From contig CAYLPA010000003.1 of the NCBI GenBank assembly GCA_964385385.1, positions 2,210-48,148 of the forward strand: a stretch of 45,939 nucleotides of DNA, written 5' to 3'. Positions 27,149 through 36,599 of the stretch are shown one piece after another. Made by a program: the position numbers and the translations under genes. Every line of letters begins with the position of its first letter. Positions within the stretch are counted from its first letter, which is position 1. The DNA is from an uncultured Saprospiraceae bacterium (lineage in GTDB: Bacteria > Bacteroidota > Bacteroidia > Bacteroidales > CAYLPA01). Under the pieces are notes generated by a model. It made no database searches, was not told where the DNA came from, and was given only the letters and a program-made list of their open reading frames with translations.

Positions 27149-27770
27149 TTAGTTTCAGCTTAATATTTAATTTTATATTATGATGCAAGATATTAATTTT
27201 TTCAGGATAATCATCTTTATAATCCTTTAACTCTATTGTAACTTTTTTGAAAATTCCGGAAAGGCTCTCAATTAATACTAATTTGTCTGCCTTGGTATTT
27301 ATGTGATAATAATTATTTCGCTTATTCTTTTTTAATTTATACACGAGATTGTTTTCATCTTCAAGTATTTTTGCTTTACCCGAGACCATATTATTCATCA
27401 GAATTAATCTCAGGTCTTTTTCAAGAGTTTTCAGGATAGCTTTTTTATTAAGCATTTCGAGACAATAATGAACTTCAAATTCATCATCATGAAATTCAAA
27501 TTCAAAAATTTTAATTCCTAATTCAGTAACTAAAACTATTTTCTTATTGTTTTCTTTTATTGATTTGACAAACAACAAACCACTAAAGTTATTATCATAA
27601 AGATCAATCTGAGTTTTAAATAGAATTTTATTGGAATCATTACCAAAAATGAACTTTATTTCATTGGGATTTAACTGTCTTTTTTCAATTTTATGTAAAT
27701 TCCCATGAAATGAAATTGAACAACTGCTAAGCAGAAGAATCAAAAAACAACTAAAAAGAAAATTTTTCAT
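27138..27770 (-). CDS. Putative lipoprotein, function unknown (adjacent to the LolA-like gene)
   Basis: MKNFLFSCFLILLLSSCSIS signal peptide with lipobox. Overlaps both neighbours. Confidence 0.6.
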   Translation of the reverse strand: MKNFLFSCFLILLLSSCSISFHGNLHKIEKRQLNPNEIKFIFGNDSNKILFKTQIDLYDNNFSGLLFVKSIKENNKKIVLVTELGIKIFEFEFHDDEFEVHYCLEMLNKKAILKTLEKDLRLILMNNMVSGKAKILEDENNLVYKLKKNKRNNYYHINTKADKLVLIESLSGIFKKVTIELKDYKDDYPEKINILHHNIKLNIKLKLIEI

Positions 27771-28401
27771 CGGGTATCTTTTGGTTCAATTTTTTATTGA
27801 TAAATTCCATTTTTGTATAATCTCCCGAAAGCTCAAATATTTTTAATATTGAAACCGAATAATCCACTTTGTTAAAATAAATTTCAATATTGCTCAAAAA
27901 CTCTCTCATCTGTTTGGAATAAGGCGTCAATTTTACATAATAGAATTTGCTGCTTTCAAAATATTCGATTTTATAATCTTTGTCATTATTAAGGATTTCT
28001 CCCTGAACACAACCGGCAATAATATTATTAATTTCTTTAAAAACTTTATTGGATTTCATATCGTATTTGCTTTCTTTATCCTCGTCTTTAATAAAGATTT
28101 TATCATTATTAATAATTATCATATAGTCGAAAGGCTCAGTATATTGCCATCTGATTTTATTTTCTTTTTTATAATAAAAAAGACCTTTGCTGATAATTAT
28201 TTCGGATAAAAAACTCAGGTTTTTTTCCTGAATAAATTTGCTTTCGATAGTGTTTGTTTTTTTTGTCATTTCTGCAAGTTTCGATTTAAAAGCAGAAATG
28301 TCTTTTATTGTTTTATATGATGATTGGGAAATAGCTGAAAAGCTGAATAAAATGAAAAAGGAAAATATAACGATATTTTTATTATTGATTTTCATAAGCA
28401 T
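27751..28401 (-). CDS. LolA-like outer-membrane lipoprotein carrier family protein
   Basis: Signal peptide. F.QEK.....E...SKG.FYYKKENKIRWQYTEPFDY pattern typical of the LolA family. Confidence 0.7.
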   Translation of the reverse strand: MLMKINNKNIVIFSFFILFSFSAISQSSYKTIKDISAFKSKLAEMTKKTNTIESKFIQEKNLSFLSEIIISKGLFYYKKENKIRWQYTEPFDYMIIINNDKIFIKDEDKESKYDMKSNKVFKEINNIIAGCVQGEILNNDKDYKIEYFESSKFYYVKLTPYSKQMREFLSNIEIYFNKVDYSVSILKIFELSGDYTKMEFINKKLNQKIPDEKFSF

Positions 28402-29164
28402 CTGTGTTTAAAAATTTATCAAGGCGAACGAATTTGTAATTATTTGATAAAGCATATTCAAAAAAACTTCTTAAAACTTTTATTATTTCAGGATTAAGGT
28501 CGTGAAACAAAATAATATCTCCCGATGAAAGTTTTCTTTTTACCTTTGCTAATATATTTTTATAATTTTTATTTTTTGTGTCTAAAGACCTTAAACTCCA
28601 TCCAATTGCAGTATATTTCATTTTGTCAACTGCTTTTTTCAGTGCAGGATTTGTAACACCATAAGGAGGACGAAAAAATTTTACTTTTTTTCCTATAGTT
28701 TGATAAATAACATCTTCGGTTTTGAGCAATTCTTCTGACATTTTTTTTGATGAAAAAAAGTCAAAATAATTGGAATGAGAATAAGAATGATTTCCAACAA
28801 TATGTCCTTCCATATTAATTCTTTCTAAAATTTCCTTGTTCTGTGCAATCTGCTTGCCAATGCAAAAAAAAGCAGCTTTTATTTCAAATTCTTTTAGCAA
28901 GTCAAGAATCAAAGGACTAATTTCTTTAACAGGTCCATCATCAAAAGTGATGGCAATTTCTTTGTTATTGTTTGGCTTTGAACAAATTGTTTTTATGTAA
29001 AAGTTAGAGTTAATATAAAATGAACCATAAATAAGAATCAGGATGTAAACAAAAATTAATAGTGCAAAGAATATGAAACTTATTGAGATTAAAAAAAAAT
29101 TCAATAAATTTAATATCGTAAATAAAGAAAGAAAAGCAGCAGAAATTCTCGTTATTTTTAACAT
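28382..29164 (-). CDS. Polysaccharide deacetylase (NodB/CE4) family protein, membrane anchored
   Basis: TFDDGP motif 1 and HSYSH motif 2. N-terminal TM helices. Confidence 0.8.
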   Translation of the reverse strand: MLKITRISAAFLSLFTILNLLNFFLISISFIFFALLIFVYILILIYGSFYINSNFYIKTICSKPNNNKEIAITFDDGPVKEISPLILDLLKEFEIKAAFFCIGKQIAQNKEILERINMEGHIVGNHSYSHSNYFDFFSSKKMSEELLKTEDVIYQTIGKKVKFFRPPYGVTNPALKKAVDKMKYTAIGWSLRSLDTKNKNYKNILAKVKRKLSSGDIILFHDLNPEIIKVLRSFFEYALSNNYKFVRLDKFLNTDAYENQ

Positions 29165-30222
29165 TCGGAAATTAAAATTAAGGAATGATTAATATTCTTG
29201 TAATGATTGTAAATTAAGATGTTTCTAATTTTTTTATTTGTTTGCTTGCCAAGTTTTATAACATCAGGAACATATTGCTTTTTGATAATATTAGCACCGA
29301 GCCACAGAGCAAAAGCTGTTGATGTATGATATTCGCCGCACAAATGTTTGTAATATGCAAAATCATTATTATTGAAATAAGATTTTTTTAAATCATAATA
29401 AATTTCATCAAATTTTGTGTTACCATTTAATCCAAAAATTATCAAATCAAGAGCATTTGCATCAATCTTTGCATCTGAAAGAAATTTAGAAATATTATCT
29501 TCAATAGCTTGATTGTTTTCTGGTTTGTAGAATGTTGAAACCGAAGATATTTTAGCATAATTACTCTCGTCTTTTTCTTTTGAAAGCGTGAAAAATGAAG
29601 CTCCTTCACCGGCAATACTTCCCCTTGTTTTATAATCTAAAAGTTTTAGATTGTTTATTGAAGGGTTTTTCCAAAGCCCTAACCTTTTTGTAATTAGGAA
29701 TGAATTCTGAGTAATTTCATCTGCTCCACCGACAAGAACATTATTTGCATTGTTTTCATTTAACAACATCATGCTATCCAACAAAGCACTCTCGAAAGAA
29801 ATTCCACGATGAACATAAGCATAATTATAATTATGACACTTCAGCATCAGGGCAATTTGAGCACTAATTGTATTGTGTGTTGATTGAATAAAAGGAGTAG
29901 GAGGTAAAAATGACTCCTTATTAACAATCATTGACGACAAAAATTTTTCGGTATCATCAATACAGCCTAATCCTGTTCCGGTAATTATTGCATCAGGAAT
30001 TTCAATATTGGCATCATCAAGAGAAGTTTGTGCAGCATAAATCCCCATTTTTATTATCTTGCTCATTCTTCGTAATTGCATGGGCTTAATAATTTTTTTA
30101 TAGTCGGGCTCAATACATTTAAGATAATCTTCCTTATACTCAACAATATCATCTAAGAAATTATCATTATCAAATGTTTTCTGCGGCGAAATGTTTCCGA
30201 TACCTTTTATATAGATTTCCAT
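29158..30222 (-). CDS. Beta-ketoacyl synthase-like protein lacking the active-site Cys context (chain-length-factor-like partner)
   Basis: Thiolase-fold similarity (IQSTHNTISAQIAL, GGADE, GEGASFF) but no ACSS(S/A) motif. Paralog of 32508-33587. Confidence 0.7.
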   Translation of the reverse strand: MEIYIKGIGNISPQKTFDNDNFLDDIVEYKEDYLKCIEPDYKKIIKPMQLRRMSKIIKMGIYAAQTSLDDANIEIPDAIITGTGLGCIDDTEKFLSSMIVNKESFLPPTPFIQSTHNTISAQIALMLKCHNYNYAYVHRGISFESALLDSMMLLNENNANNVLVGGADEITQNSFLITKRLGLWKNPSINNLKLLDYKTRGSIAGEGASFFTLSKEKDESNYAKISSVSTFYKPENNQAIEDNISKFLSDAKIDANALDLIIFGLNGNTKFDEIYYDLKKSYFNNNDFAYYKHLCGEYHTSTAFALWLGANIIKKQYVPDVIKLGKQTNKKIRNILIYNHYKNINHSLILISEC

Positions 30223-30301
30223 ATTAAATTTAGCTATCTGTTTTTATGATATTTCTTCAAGAGATTTATTATTATTTTCTGAATTAATTTTGTAAAAATA
30301 A

Positions 30302-31507
30302 TCAAACCTTTGAAAATAACAATGCTGAGTTATTTCCTCCAAAACCAAAGGAGTTTGACAGCACATTGTTTATTTCAACGTTTTGCATCAAGTTTGTGAT
30401 TGGGCAAAAACTTAGCTCTTTCATCTGTTTTGTGAAATTCAGATTGGGAAATATTGTTTGATGTTTTATTGATAACGTACTTATAACTGCTTCTATTCCA
30501 CCTGTAGCACCTAAAGTATGACCTGTAAATGATTTAGTGGAACTTAATCTTGGTATTTTTTTATCAAAAATTCTCTCAATTGCTTTTCCTTCCGAAAGGT
30601 CGTTATTAATTGTGCCGGTTCCGTGGGCATTAATATAATCAATTTCATCAATTGAAAGCTGACTCATGTCAATAGCTCCTTTCATTGCTAAATATGCTCC
30701 ATAGCCATCGGGTGAAGAAGCGGTTTGATGAAAAGCATCGCAAGAATTGTTATAACCGGTTAATTCGCAAAGTATTTCTTTTTTATCTAAACTAACAGAT
30801 TCTTCAGATTCTAAAATAATATAACCGGCGCCTTCACCAATTGTAAGTCCATTTCTGGTATCATCGAAGGGTTTGCAAATATCTTTGTCAAGTATCATCA
30901 AAGTGTTAAATCCGTTCAAAGTGAATTTAGTTAATGAATCGGTGCCACCACAAACTACTCTGTCGAGAATACCATTTTTAATTAATCTTGCTCCAAACAT
31001 TATTGAATTAGCCGATGATGAACAAGCTGTGCTAATAGTTGTGATGTAATCCTTTACGCCAAGATAATCTGCGATTTTTTCGGTACTTTCTCCGCAATCG
31101 TGAGTAACAACATCAATTAATTTTCCGGCTTTATTATCATTGATAAATTCCTTGTAGAAATTTTCGCTTTTATCCATACCTCCAACAGAAGTGGCTGAAA
31201 CAAGTCCTGTTCTTTTCTCAGAAACTTTAGTAATTCCTGAATTTTCCAGAGCTTCTTTTGCTGCGAGTATTCCTAATAAAGCAGTTCTTGTATAATCTTT
31301 TTTTCCTGTTAGTCCTGATATTTCTAATAATTCGGAATTTGATAGTTTTACTTCCGCAACAGGAATTTCATTTTTGTAAATAGAATCTAAGAAGGATGCA
31401 AAACCAATACCGGATTTTGAAAGCTTCAGTGAATTCAATACTTCGGCAGTGTTATTTCCAATGGCAGAAACAATGCCTATTCCCGTTACAAAAACTTTTT
31501 TTGACAT
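30302..31507 (-). CDS. Beta-ketoacyl-ACP synthase (FabF/FabB-like KS)
   Basis: TACSSSANSIM (Cys), NAHGTGT (His), FTGHTLGATG (His), GFGGNN. Confidence 0.9.
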   Translation of the reverse strand: MSKKVFVTGIGIVSAIGNNTAEVLNSLKLSKSGIGFASFLDSIYKNEIPVAEVKLSNSELLEISGLTGKKDYTRTALLGILAAKEALENSGITKVSEKRTGLVSATSVGGMDKSENFYKEFINDNKAGKLIDVVTHDCGESTEKIADYLGVKDYITTISTACSSSANSIMFGARLIKNGILDRVVCGGTDSLTKFTLNGFNTLMILDKDICKPFDDTRNGLTIGEGAGYIILESEESVSLDKKEILCELTGYNNSCDAFHQTASSPDGYGAYLAMKGAIDMSQLSIDEIDYINAHGTGTINNDLSEGKAIERIFDKKIPRLSSTKSFTGHTLGATGGIEAVISTLSIKHQTIFPNLNFTKQMKELSFCPITNLMQNVEINNVLSNSFGFGGNNSALLFSKV

Positions 31508-31759
31508 TTATTTGTTCTCCATAATATATTCAGCCATTGTTCTCACTGAATGTAATATTTTCTTACCGTCTTCGGCTTCAATTATTTTTAATCCGTAATT
31601 TTTTTCTAATAAAACTATTAGTTCAAGAGCATCAATTGAATCTATTCCTAATCCCTCAATAAAAAGTGGGGCATCAGTATCAATATCATTAATATCCATC
31701 TCTTCAAGATTTAACACCTCGATTATTTCTTTTTTTAATTTAATAATTAATTCTTCCAT
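31508..31759 (-). CDS. Acyl carrier protein
   Basis: 83 aa. GLGIDSIDALELI phosphopantetheine-Ser motif. Confidence 0.85.
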   Translation of the reverse strand: MEELIIKLKKEIIEVLNLEEMDINDIDTDAPLFIEGLGIDSIDALELIVLLEKNYGLKIIEAEDGKKILHSVRTMAEYIMENK

Positions 31760-31832
31760 TTATTTTTATTTTATTTTGTTCATTTTAGCTTGCCTGCCGA
31801 ATCTTTAGCTTAGGCAGGTCATTCAAATCATT

Positions 31833-32477
31833 TTAGTTAATATCAAATAACTCTCTAATATTTTTCGGTTCAAAATTAATGTTTTTATTGTTTTTATTAT
31901 GATTCTTTTCCACTAAAAAAAGTAAAGATTCAAATTTGTCATTTTCAAAATCAACCCATCCGCAAATACAACTCTCAATTTTTGATTTATAAATTAAATC
32001 TTTTATATAATTATAGTTAAAGTCAGGGTTGAATTTTTCAGAGATTAAAAAAGTACCTTCTCCTTGAATTTTGTTACGAATACAGATTTCGCCTATAACA
32101 ATATTCGGGAGAGTGTAAACAAAAACCGATGGGCTTGGGAAATAATTTGCTTTATCTTTTATAGTGTCATTATATTTAATATCAGTATCAATTGAAGAAC
32201 CGGAATTTGAAATTATTATTCCTATTTCATCATTTTTGTATGAATTTAAAAAATCGTTTTGCTGTAATAAAAGCTCAGTAGTAATAAAACCTAATTTGCT
32301 CAGATTATCCATCTTGAAAAATTTTTGATAACTGATTTTATAATTTCTATAAACGGCTCTTATAAAATCCGGAAAACTTGCATCGCTATCAATAGAAAAA
32401 TCATTTTTGCCATCAATGATTACTTTGTTTTGGCGTATAATGCAATGTTTTGTAATTATTAAATTTTCTGAACACAT
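31833..32477 (-). CDS. KS N-terminal-like domain protein without recognisable catalytic triad
   Basis: 214 aa. Weak thiolase N-domain-like pattern (SPSVFVYTLPNIVIGEICIRNKIQGE). Conserved position in aryl-polyene-type clusters. Confidence 0.5.
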   Translation of the reverse strand: MCSENLIITKHCIIRQNKVIIDGKNDFSIDSDASFPDFIRAVYRNYKISYQKFFKMDNLSKLGFITTELLLQQNDFLNSYKNDEIGIIISNSGSSIDTDIKYNDTIKDKANYFPSPSVFVYTLPNIVIGEICIRNKIQGEGTFLISEKFNPDFNYNYIKDLIYKSKIESCICGWVDFENDKFESLLFLVEKNHNKNNKNINFEPKNIRELFDIN

Positions 32478-32507
32478 ATTATCAAAAGCTTAGTTTTTCT
32501 GTAATTA

Positions 32508-33587
32508 TTAATTCTTTTTCAATTTGCTAATAAGAATAAACCCATGTTGATTGCCGGAATAATGATTATAAATTAAGATATTTTTTATTTCCGATTTTGG
32601 TTTTTTATAAATTGCTTCATTAGGTATTTTTTGTCCCTGAAGAATGTGAACAGATAACCATGTAGCAAATGCTGAAGCAGTAGGGTATTCCCCGACTAAA
32701 TTTTTAAAAGTAAAAACTCCGGAATTCTTGAATAATTTTTCGCTCAGATTATGGTACCAAAAGTCTGTTCTGTTGTCGCCATTCAAACCTAATACAATTG
32801 CATCAATATCTGTTTCTGATAAATTGTTTCTACCAAGAAAATGTTTTGCTTTTTCAATAATTTCGGTTTCTGTTGGGTAACAAATTTGGTCAACATCTTT
32901 AATTTCAACAAAAGAATTTGATGGTGAAGATTCCAATACAAACATAGTTGAACCTTCTCCACATACTGTTCCTTTTGTATTAGAATTTAACAACGAACCG
33001 GAATCAATTTCTGTTTCTTTAAATAGCCCTGCGAGATAATCAATGTTATAATTATAATCTGAAATTTCTTCAACATTTCCTACAAGTAATGATTTAACAT
33101 GTTTTTCTTCAAACAGAAGTTTTGCATCTAATAACGAGCTTTCAAAAGCCAAACCTTTATGAGCATGAGTTGTGTTATATCCTTTATTAGTACTCATAAG
33201 GGCAAGATGACCGGCAACTGAATTTGGTATGCTTTGAACAAAATTCGTTGGAGTTAAGCTTCCTTCATCATAAGAAATTATTTGATTCAAAAATTTTATG
33301 CAATCTTCAAGACCACCGTTAGCAGTTCCAATAATTATTCCTCCTAAATCAGGGTGTTTTTTCATTAATGGCAAACCTGCTCCTATTCCCATTCTTACTG
33401 CTTTACCCATTCTTCTGAGAAGTTTCAAAGGAATCATGTTTTTATAATCAGGTTCAATTGCCAAATATCTGTTACCTGAATAAAACTTTATCTCATTTTC
33501 AAAAATTTTATTGTTGAAAGTAAATTGTGGCGATATGCTTGAAATATCTCTGATAAACATTGTTGTTCCTTCTTTTATTTTAGTCAT
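32508..33587 (-). CDS. Beta-ketoacyl synthase-like chain-length-factor-type protein
   Basis: Paralog of 29158-30222 (VQSIPNSVAGHLAL, GNVEE, GEGSTMF). No active-site Cys motif. Confidence 0.7.
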   Translation of the reverse strand: MTKIKEGTTMFIRDISSISPQFTFNNKIFENEIKFYSGNRYLAIEPDYKNMIPLKLLRRMGKAVRMGIGAGLPLMKKHPDLGGIIIGTANGGLEDCIKFLNQIISYDEGSLTPTNFVQSIPNSVAGHLALMSTNKGYNTTHAHKGLAFESSLLDAKLLFEEKHVKSLLVGNVEEISDYNYNIDYLAGLFKETEIDSGSLLNSNTKGTVCGEGSTMFVLESSPSNSFVEIKDVDQICYPTETEIIEKAKHFLGRNNLSETDIDAIVLGLNGDNRTDFWYHNLSEKLFKNSGVFTFKNLVGEYPTASAFATWLSVHILQGQKIPNEAIYKKPKSEIKNILIYNHYSGNQHGFILISKLKKN

Positions 33588-33694
33588 TCAATAGTTATTC
33601 AATTGTCATTCAGTTGTCATTCAATTGTCATTTGTAATTTCAGTCATTTATAATTTCAGTCATTTACAATTTCAGTCATTTATAATTTTAGTCA
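33587..33694 (-). repeat. Compound tandem repeat: 4 x 11 bp then 4 x 16 bp, each unit reiterating the start-codon context of the downstream gene
   Basis: Plus strand: ttcaatagtta/ttcaattgtca/ttcagttgtca/ttcaattgtca (33587-33630), then tttgtaatttcagtca/tttataatttcagtca/tttacaatttcagtca/tttataattttagtca (33631-33694). On the coding strand the units read ATGACTRAAATTRYAA x4 and ATGACAAYTGA x3 (plus a degenerate ATAACTATTGA), then the real start ATGACTAAAATAAAAG. Confidence 0.95.
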
Positions 33695-33697
33695 TTT

Positions 33698-34891
33698 TTA
33701 GCATTTAGATAAAATTAACGAAGTACAATTACCTCCAAACCCAAAGGAATTGGATAATACATAATTAATATCTATTCCGGTTTCATGTTTTTCAATCGGA
33801 GCCAAATTAAATTTTGAAATAGGAGTATTAATATTTAAACTCTGATATAACTCATTATTATTTATGCTCAAGATGCTAAAAATAGCTTCAATGGCACCTG
33901 CTGCTCCAAGTGTATGCCCTGTATAAGATTTTGTTGAATTAAAAGGAGGAACTTTGTTAAATATTTTTGAAAGTCCAAAAAGTTCAACGAAATCATTATT
34001 TCTGGTTCCAGTTCCGTGAGCATTTATATAATCAATTTTATTTGGTGCAAGTTTTGCCGATTCCAAAGCCTGAGATATTGAACTAATAACTCCGACAGCA
34101 TCATCCGAAATTGTTGAAGTGTGGAAAGCATCATTTGCATTTCCATATCCTAAAACCTGCGCATAAGTTTTTTTGTTAGCAACAACTTCCTCAGATTCTA
34201 AAACCAGATAAGCTGCTCCTTCACCAAGAGTAAGTCCGCAACGATTTTCGTCAAAAGGTTTGCAGGGAGATTCCGAAAGAATTTTTAAAGCATTAAAACC
34301 ATTTACTGTATATTTTGCTAAGCTGTCGGCTCCGCCAACAATAGCTCTTTTCACACGACCTGATTTTATTAATCTTGTGCCTAACATAATAGCATTTGCA
34401 GAAGAAGAACAAGCTGTGTTAATTGTGTCGGTAAAACCTTTAATTTGATATTTTTTTGTTAATCTTAATGTATGAGCACTGCAACCGTAGGAGTTCAAGA
34501 ATTCCGAAGATTGGGATTTTAAATTAGCGTCTTCATATAATTGGTCAGTTAGGCACATTCCACCAATAGTGCTTGATGATATCAGAGCTGTGTCAAATGA
34601 AGAAATTTCTTGTTTTGAAAGCTTTGCATCATTAATAGCTTCTTCAAAAGCTTTGAAAGCAAATAAATCAGTACGCGTTAGTCCTTTTTCTTCTGATAAT
34701 CCTAATTGCTCTTGAAGTGTTTTAGTGCTAATATTTACTTCTCCAAAAGAAAAGGAAGAAGCATATTTTGACTGAAAGTATTTAGGTTTATCAATGCCTG
34801 AATTACTATTTCTTAAACTTTCTAAATTTTTATTCAAATCTTTTCCAATGGAAGAAATTACTCCCATTCCTGTAACAAAAACTCTATTCAT
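33698..34891 (-). CDS. Beta-ketoacyl-ACP synthase (FabF/FabB-like KS)
   Basis: TACSSSANAIM, NAHGTGT, YTGHTLGAAG, GFGGN. Confidence 0.9.
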   Translation of the reverse strand: MNRVFVTGMGVISSIGKDLNKNLESLRNSNSGIDKPKYFQSKYASSFSFGEVNISTKTLQEQLGLSEEKGLTRTDLFAFKAFEEAINDAKLSKQEISSFDTALISSSTIGGMCLTDQLYEDANLKSQSSEFLNSYGCSAHTLRLTKKYQIKGFTDTINTACSSSANAIMLGTRLIKSGRVKRAIVGGADSLAKYTVNGFNALKILSESPCKPFDENRCGLTLGEGAAYLVLESEEVVANKKTYAQVLGYGNANDAFHTSTISDDAVGVISSISQALESAKLAPNKIDYINAHGTGTRNNDFVELFGLSKIFNKVPPFNSTKSYTGHTLGAAGAIEAIFSILSINNNELYQSLNINTPISKFNLAPIEKHETGIDINYVLSNSFGFGGNCTSLILSKC

Positions 34892-34918
34892 AAATTTAGA
34901 ATTCTTTTAAGTTTAGAA

Positions 34919-34936
34919 AGTCCGCAAAAGCGGACT
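34919..34936 (-). other. GC-rich 7-bp hairpin between the ACP and KS genes
   Basis: agtccgc-aaaa-gcggact. No convincing T-run on the coding strand, so it may be a processing or stability element rather than a terminator. Confidence 0.3.
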
Positions 34937-34990
34937 AATAATTATGTTATTTATTTCTTATTAAATGCTGATATAGTGCAATCCTTTTTA

Positions 34991-35275
34991 TTATGCTTTA
35001 AGTTCCTCTCCTCTTTTTTTATATATGTCAATTACATAATCAGCCATTGAATTAACGTCTATCATAACTGTTCTTCCTTCGGCTGTACTATTTATTTTAA
35101 TGTCGTATTCTCTCTCAAGTAAAATGATTAATTCTAAAGAATCAATTGAATCTAATTCAAGACTTCCTCCAAATAAAGGTTCATCATCTTTAATATCATC
35201 AGGATTAATATCTAACAAATTCAGATATTTTATAATTTGTTCCTTTAGTTTATGTTTAAATTTTTCTAAATCCAT
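34991..35275 (-). CDS. Acyl carrier protein
   Basis: 94 aa. GGSLELDSIDSLELIILLE phosphopantetheine-Ser motif. Confidence 0.85.
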   Translation of the reverse strand: MDLEKFKHKLKEQIIKYLNLLDINPDDIKDDEPLFGGSLELDSIDSLELIILLEREYDIKINSTAEGRTVMIDVNSMADYVIDIYKKRGEELKA

Positions 35276-35321
35276 ATATTAAAATTTCTAATTAATCTAA
35301 TTGCAAAGTTAAATATTAAAC

Positions 35322-36599
35322 TCATATAATCTTTTCGACTTTTAACTTAAAGTATGTTATTAATTGGCAAAATACAATAAAAATAGATAAAGGCAATATT
35401 ATTTTAAATAACTCACTCCAAACTCCACCTTTCAAAAATAAAATATAAAAGCCTTCGAGACACCAATGTAAAGGAGAAAAATTGCTGATAAGTTTCAAAT
35501 ATTCAGGTAGAATAAATATAGGAACCCAAATTCCTCCAAGTACAGCAAAAATAATAATTGATACAGCCCCAAAGCCATTTGCTTGTTCTTGAGTTTTTGC
35601 AAGTGAACCAATTAACAGTGCATAACTTACAGCAGATAAACCGCTGATTAAAACTATAATAAATAAAGCAAAAATATTTGATGGTAAAACCAATTGAGGC
35701 AAATTCATTAGAGGGAACAAAAATATTCCAACTGAAAATATTACGACTACTTGTAAAATCGCTGCTAACAAATAGATTAACATTTTGCTTGATAGAACTA
35801 GAGCAAAACTCACAGGTAAAGTCTTTAATCTTATAAAACTCCCATTACTTCTTTCTTTCACAATATTATTGCCAAGAGAAACCACCATGAAAAACATGGC
35901 AAAAATTGTCCAGGCAGGAACATTGTGTTGTGTTGAATTAGGAATTATTTTGTTGTCAGAGCTTGTTGCTGATATTATGTTTATATTAATTTTATTTGAT
36001 TTTATTATTTCTTCTAATCTTACAGGCATTTTTTTAAATCCCATTCCCTGGCAGAAATTTTCCACCATCATAGAACTTTCAATAGCATTTAGAAAAGAAT
36101 AAATAACATTTACTATTGTATAATAATAACTTTCCTGAAGAACAGGGTCGTGATAAAAGTTTAGAGAAGGAAGCTTTATATCGTTATTAATCTCAGAACT
36201 GTCTTTTAGTCCCAATTCTTCAATCATTATGTTGCTTACCTGATTTGTTTTATCATCTAATTGCGATGAAAATTCGGGAGTAATATAAAGAGCAGTTAAT
36301 TTATCTTGGTTTAATAATTCCTTTTTAATTTTATTTTTTGGTATGTCATTATTTTGTTCAACATCGAAAAAGCCTGATTCTTTTAATAATTTAATTAGTT
36401 TTTCACCATGTATTCCTTTGTCATGATTAATAATTAATATTGAAATTTTATTTTCTTTTGCTAATTTGAAAGCACTGTCTTGGATAATCGTAATAATAAC
36501 AACCAGTAATAAAGGCATAATAAACATGAAAGCTATTCCAACTTTATCGTTAATTAGCAGGTATATTTCTTTCTTTATTGAAGACCAAAATTTATACAT
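35322..36599 (-). CDS. ABC-2 type transporter permease
   Basis: N-terminal TM helix, large extracytoplasmic loop, five C-terminal TM helices. Overlaps the ATPase gene by 8 nt. Confidence 0.75.
   Translation of the reverse strand: MYKFWSSIKKEIYLLINDKVGIAFMFIMPLLLVVIITIIQDSAFKLAKENKISILIINHDKGIHGEKLIKLLKESGFFDVEQNNDIPKNKIKKELLNQDKLTALYITPEFSSQLDDKTNQVSNIMIEELGLKDSSEINNDIKLPSLNFYHDPVLQESYYYTIVNVIYSFLNAIESSMMVENFCQGMGFKKMPVRLEEIIKSNKININIISATSSDNKIIPNSTQHNVPAWTIFAMFFMVVSLGNNIVKERSNGSFIRLKTLPVSFALVLSSKMLIYLLAAILQVVVIFSVGIFLFPLMNLPQLVLPSNIFALFIIVLISGLSAVSYALLIGSLAKTQEQANGFGAVSIIIFAVLGGIWVPIFILPEYLKLISNFSPLHWCLEGFYILFLKGGVWSELFKIILPLSIFIVFCQLITYFKLKVEKII

Noticed and set aside
33587-33694. The tandem repeats between KS and CLF might be a CRISPR or a REP-family member.
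   Set aside because: The units abut with no spacers, are AT-rich and non-palindromic, and derive from the adjacent start-codon region. They are reported instead as a tandem start-context repeat.
34919-34936. The hairpin agtccgc-aaaa-gcggact might be another member of the REP family, since it shares AGTC...GACT ends.
   Set aside because: The core sequence and arm length differ, and there is a single copy in the window. It is kept only as a generic intra-operon hairpin.
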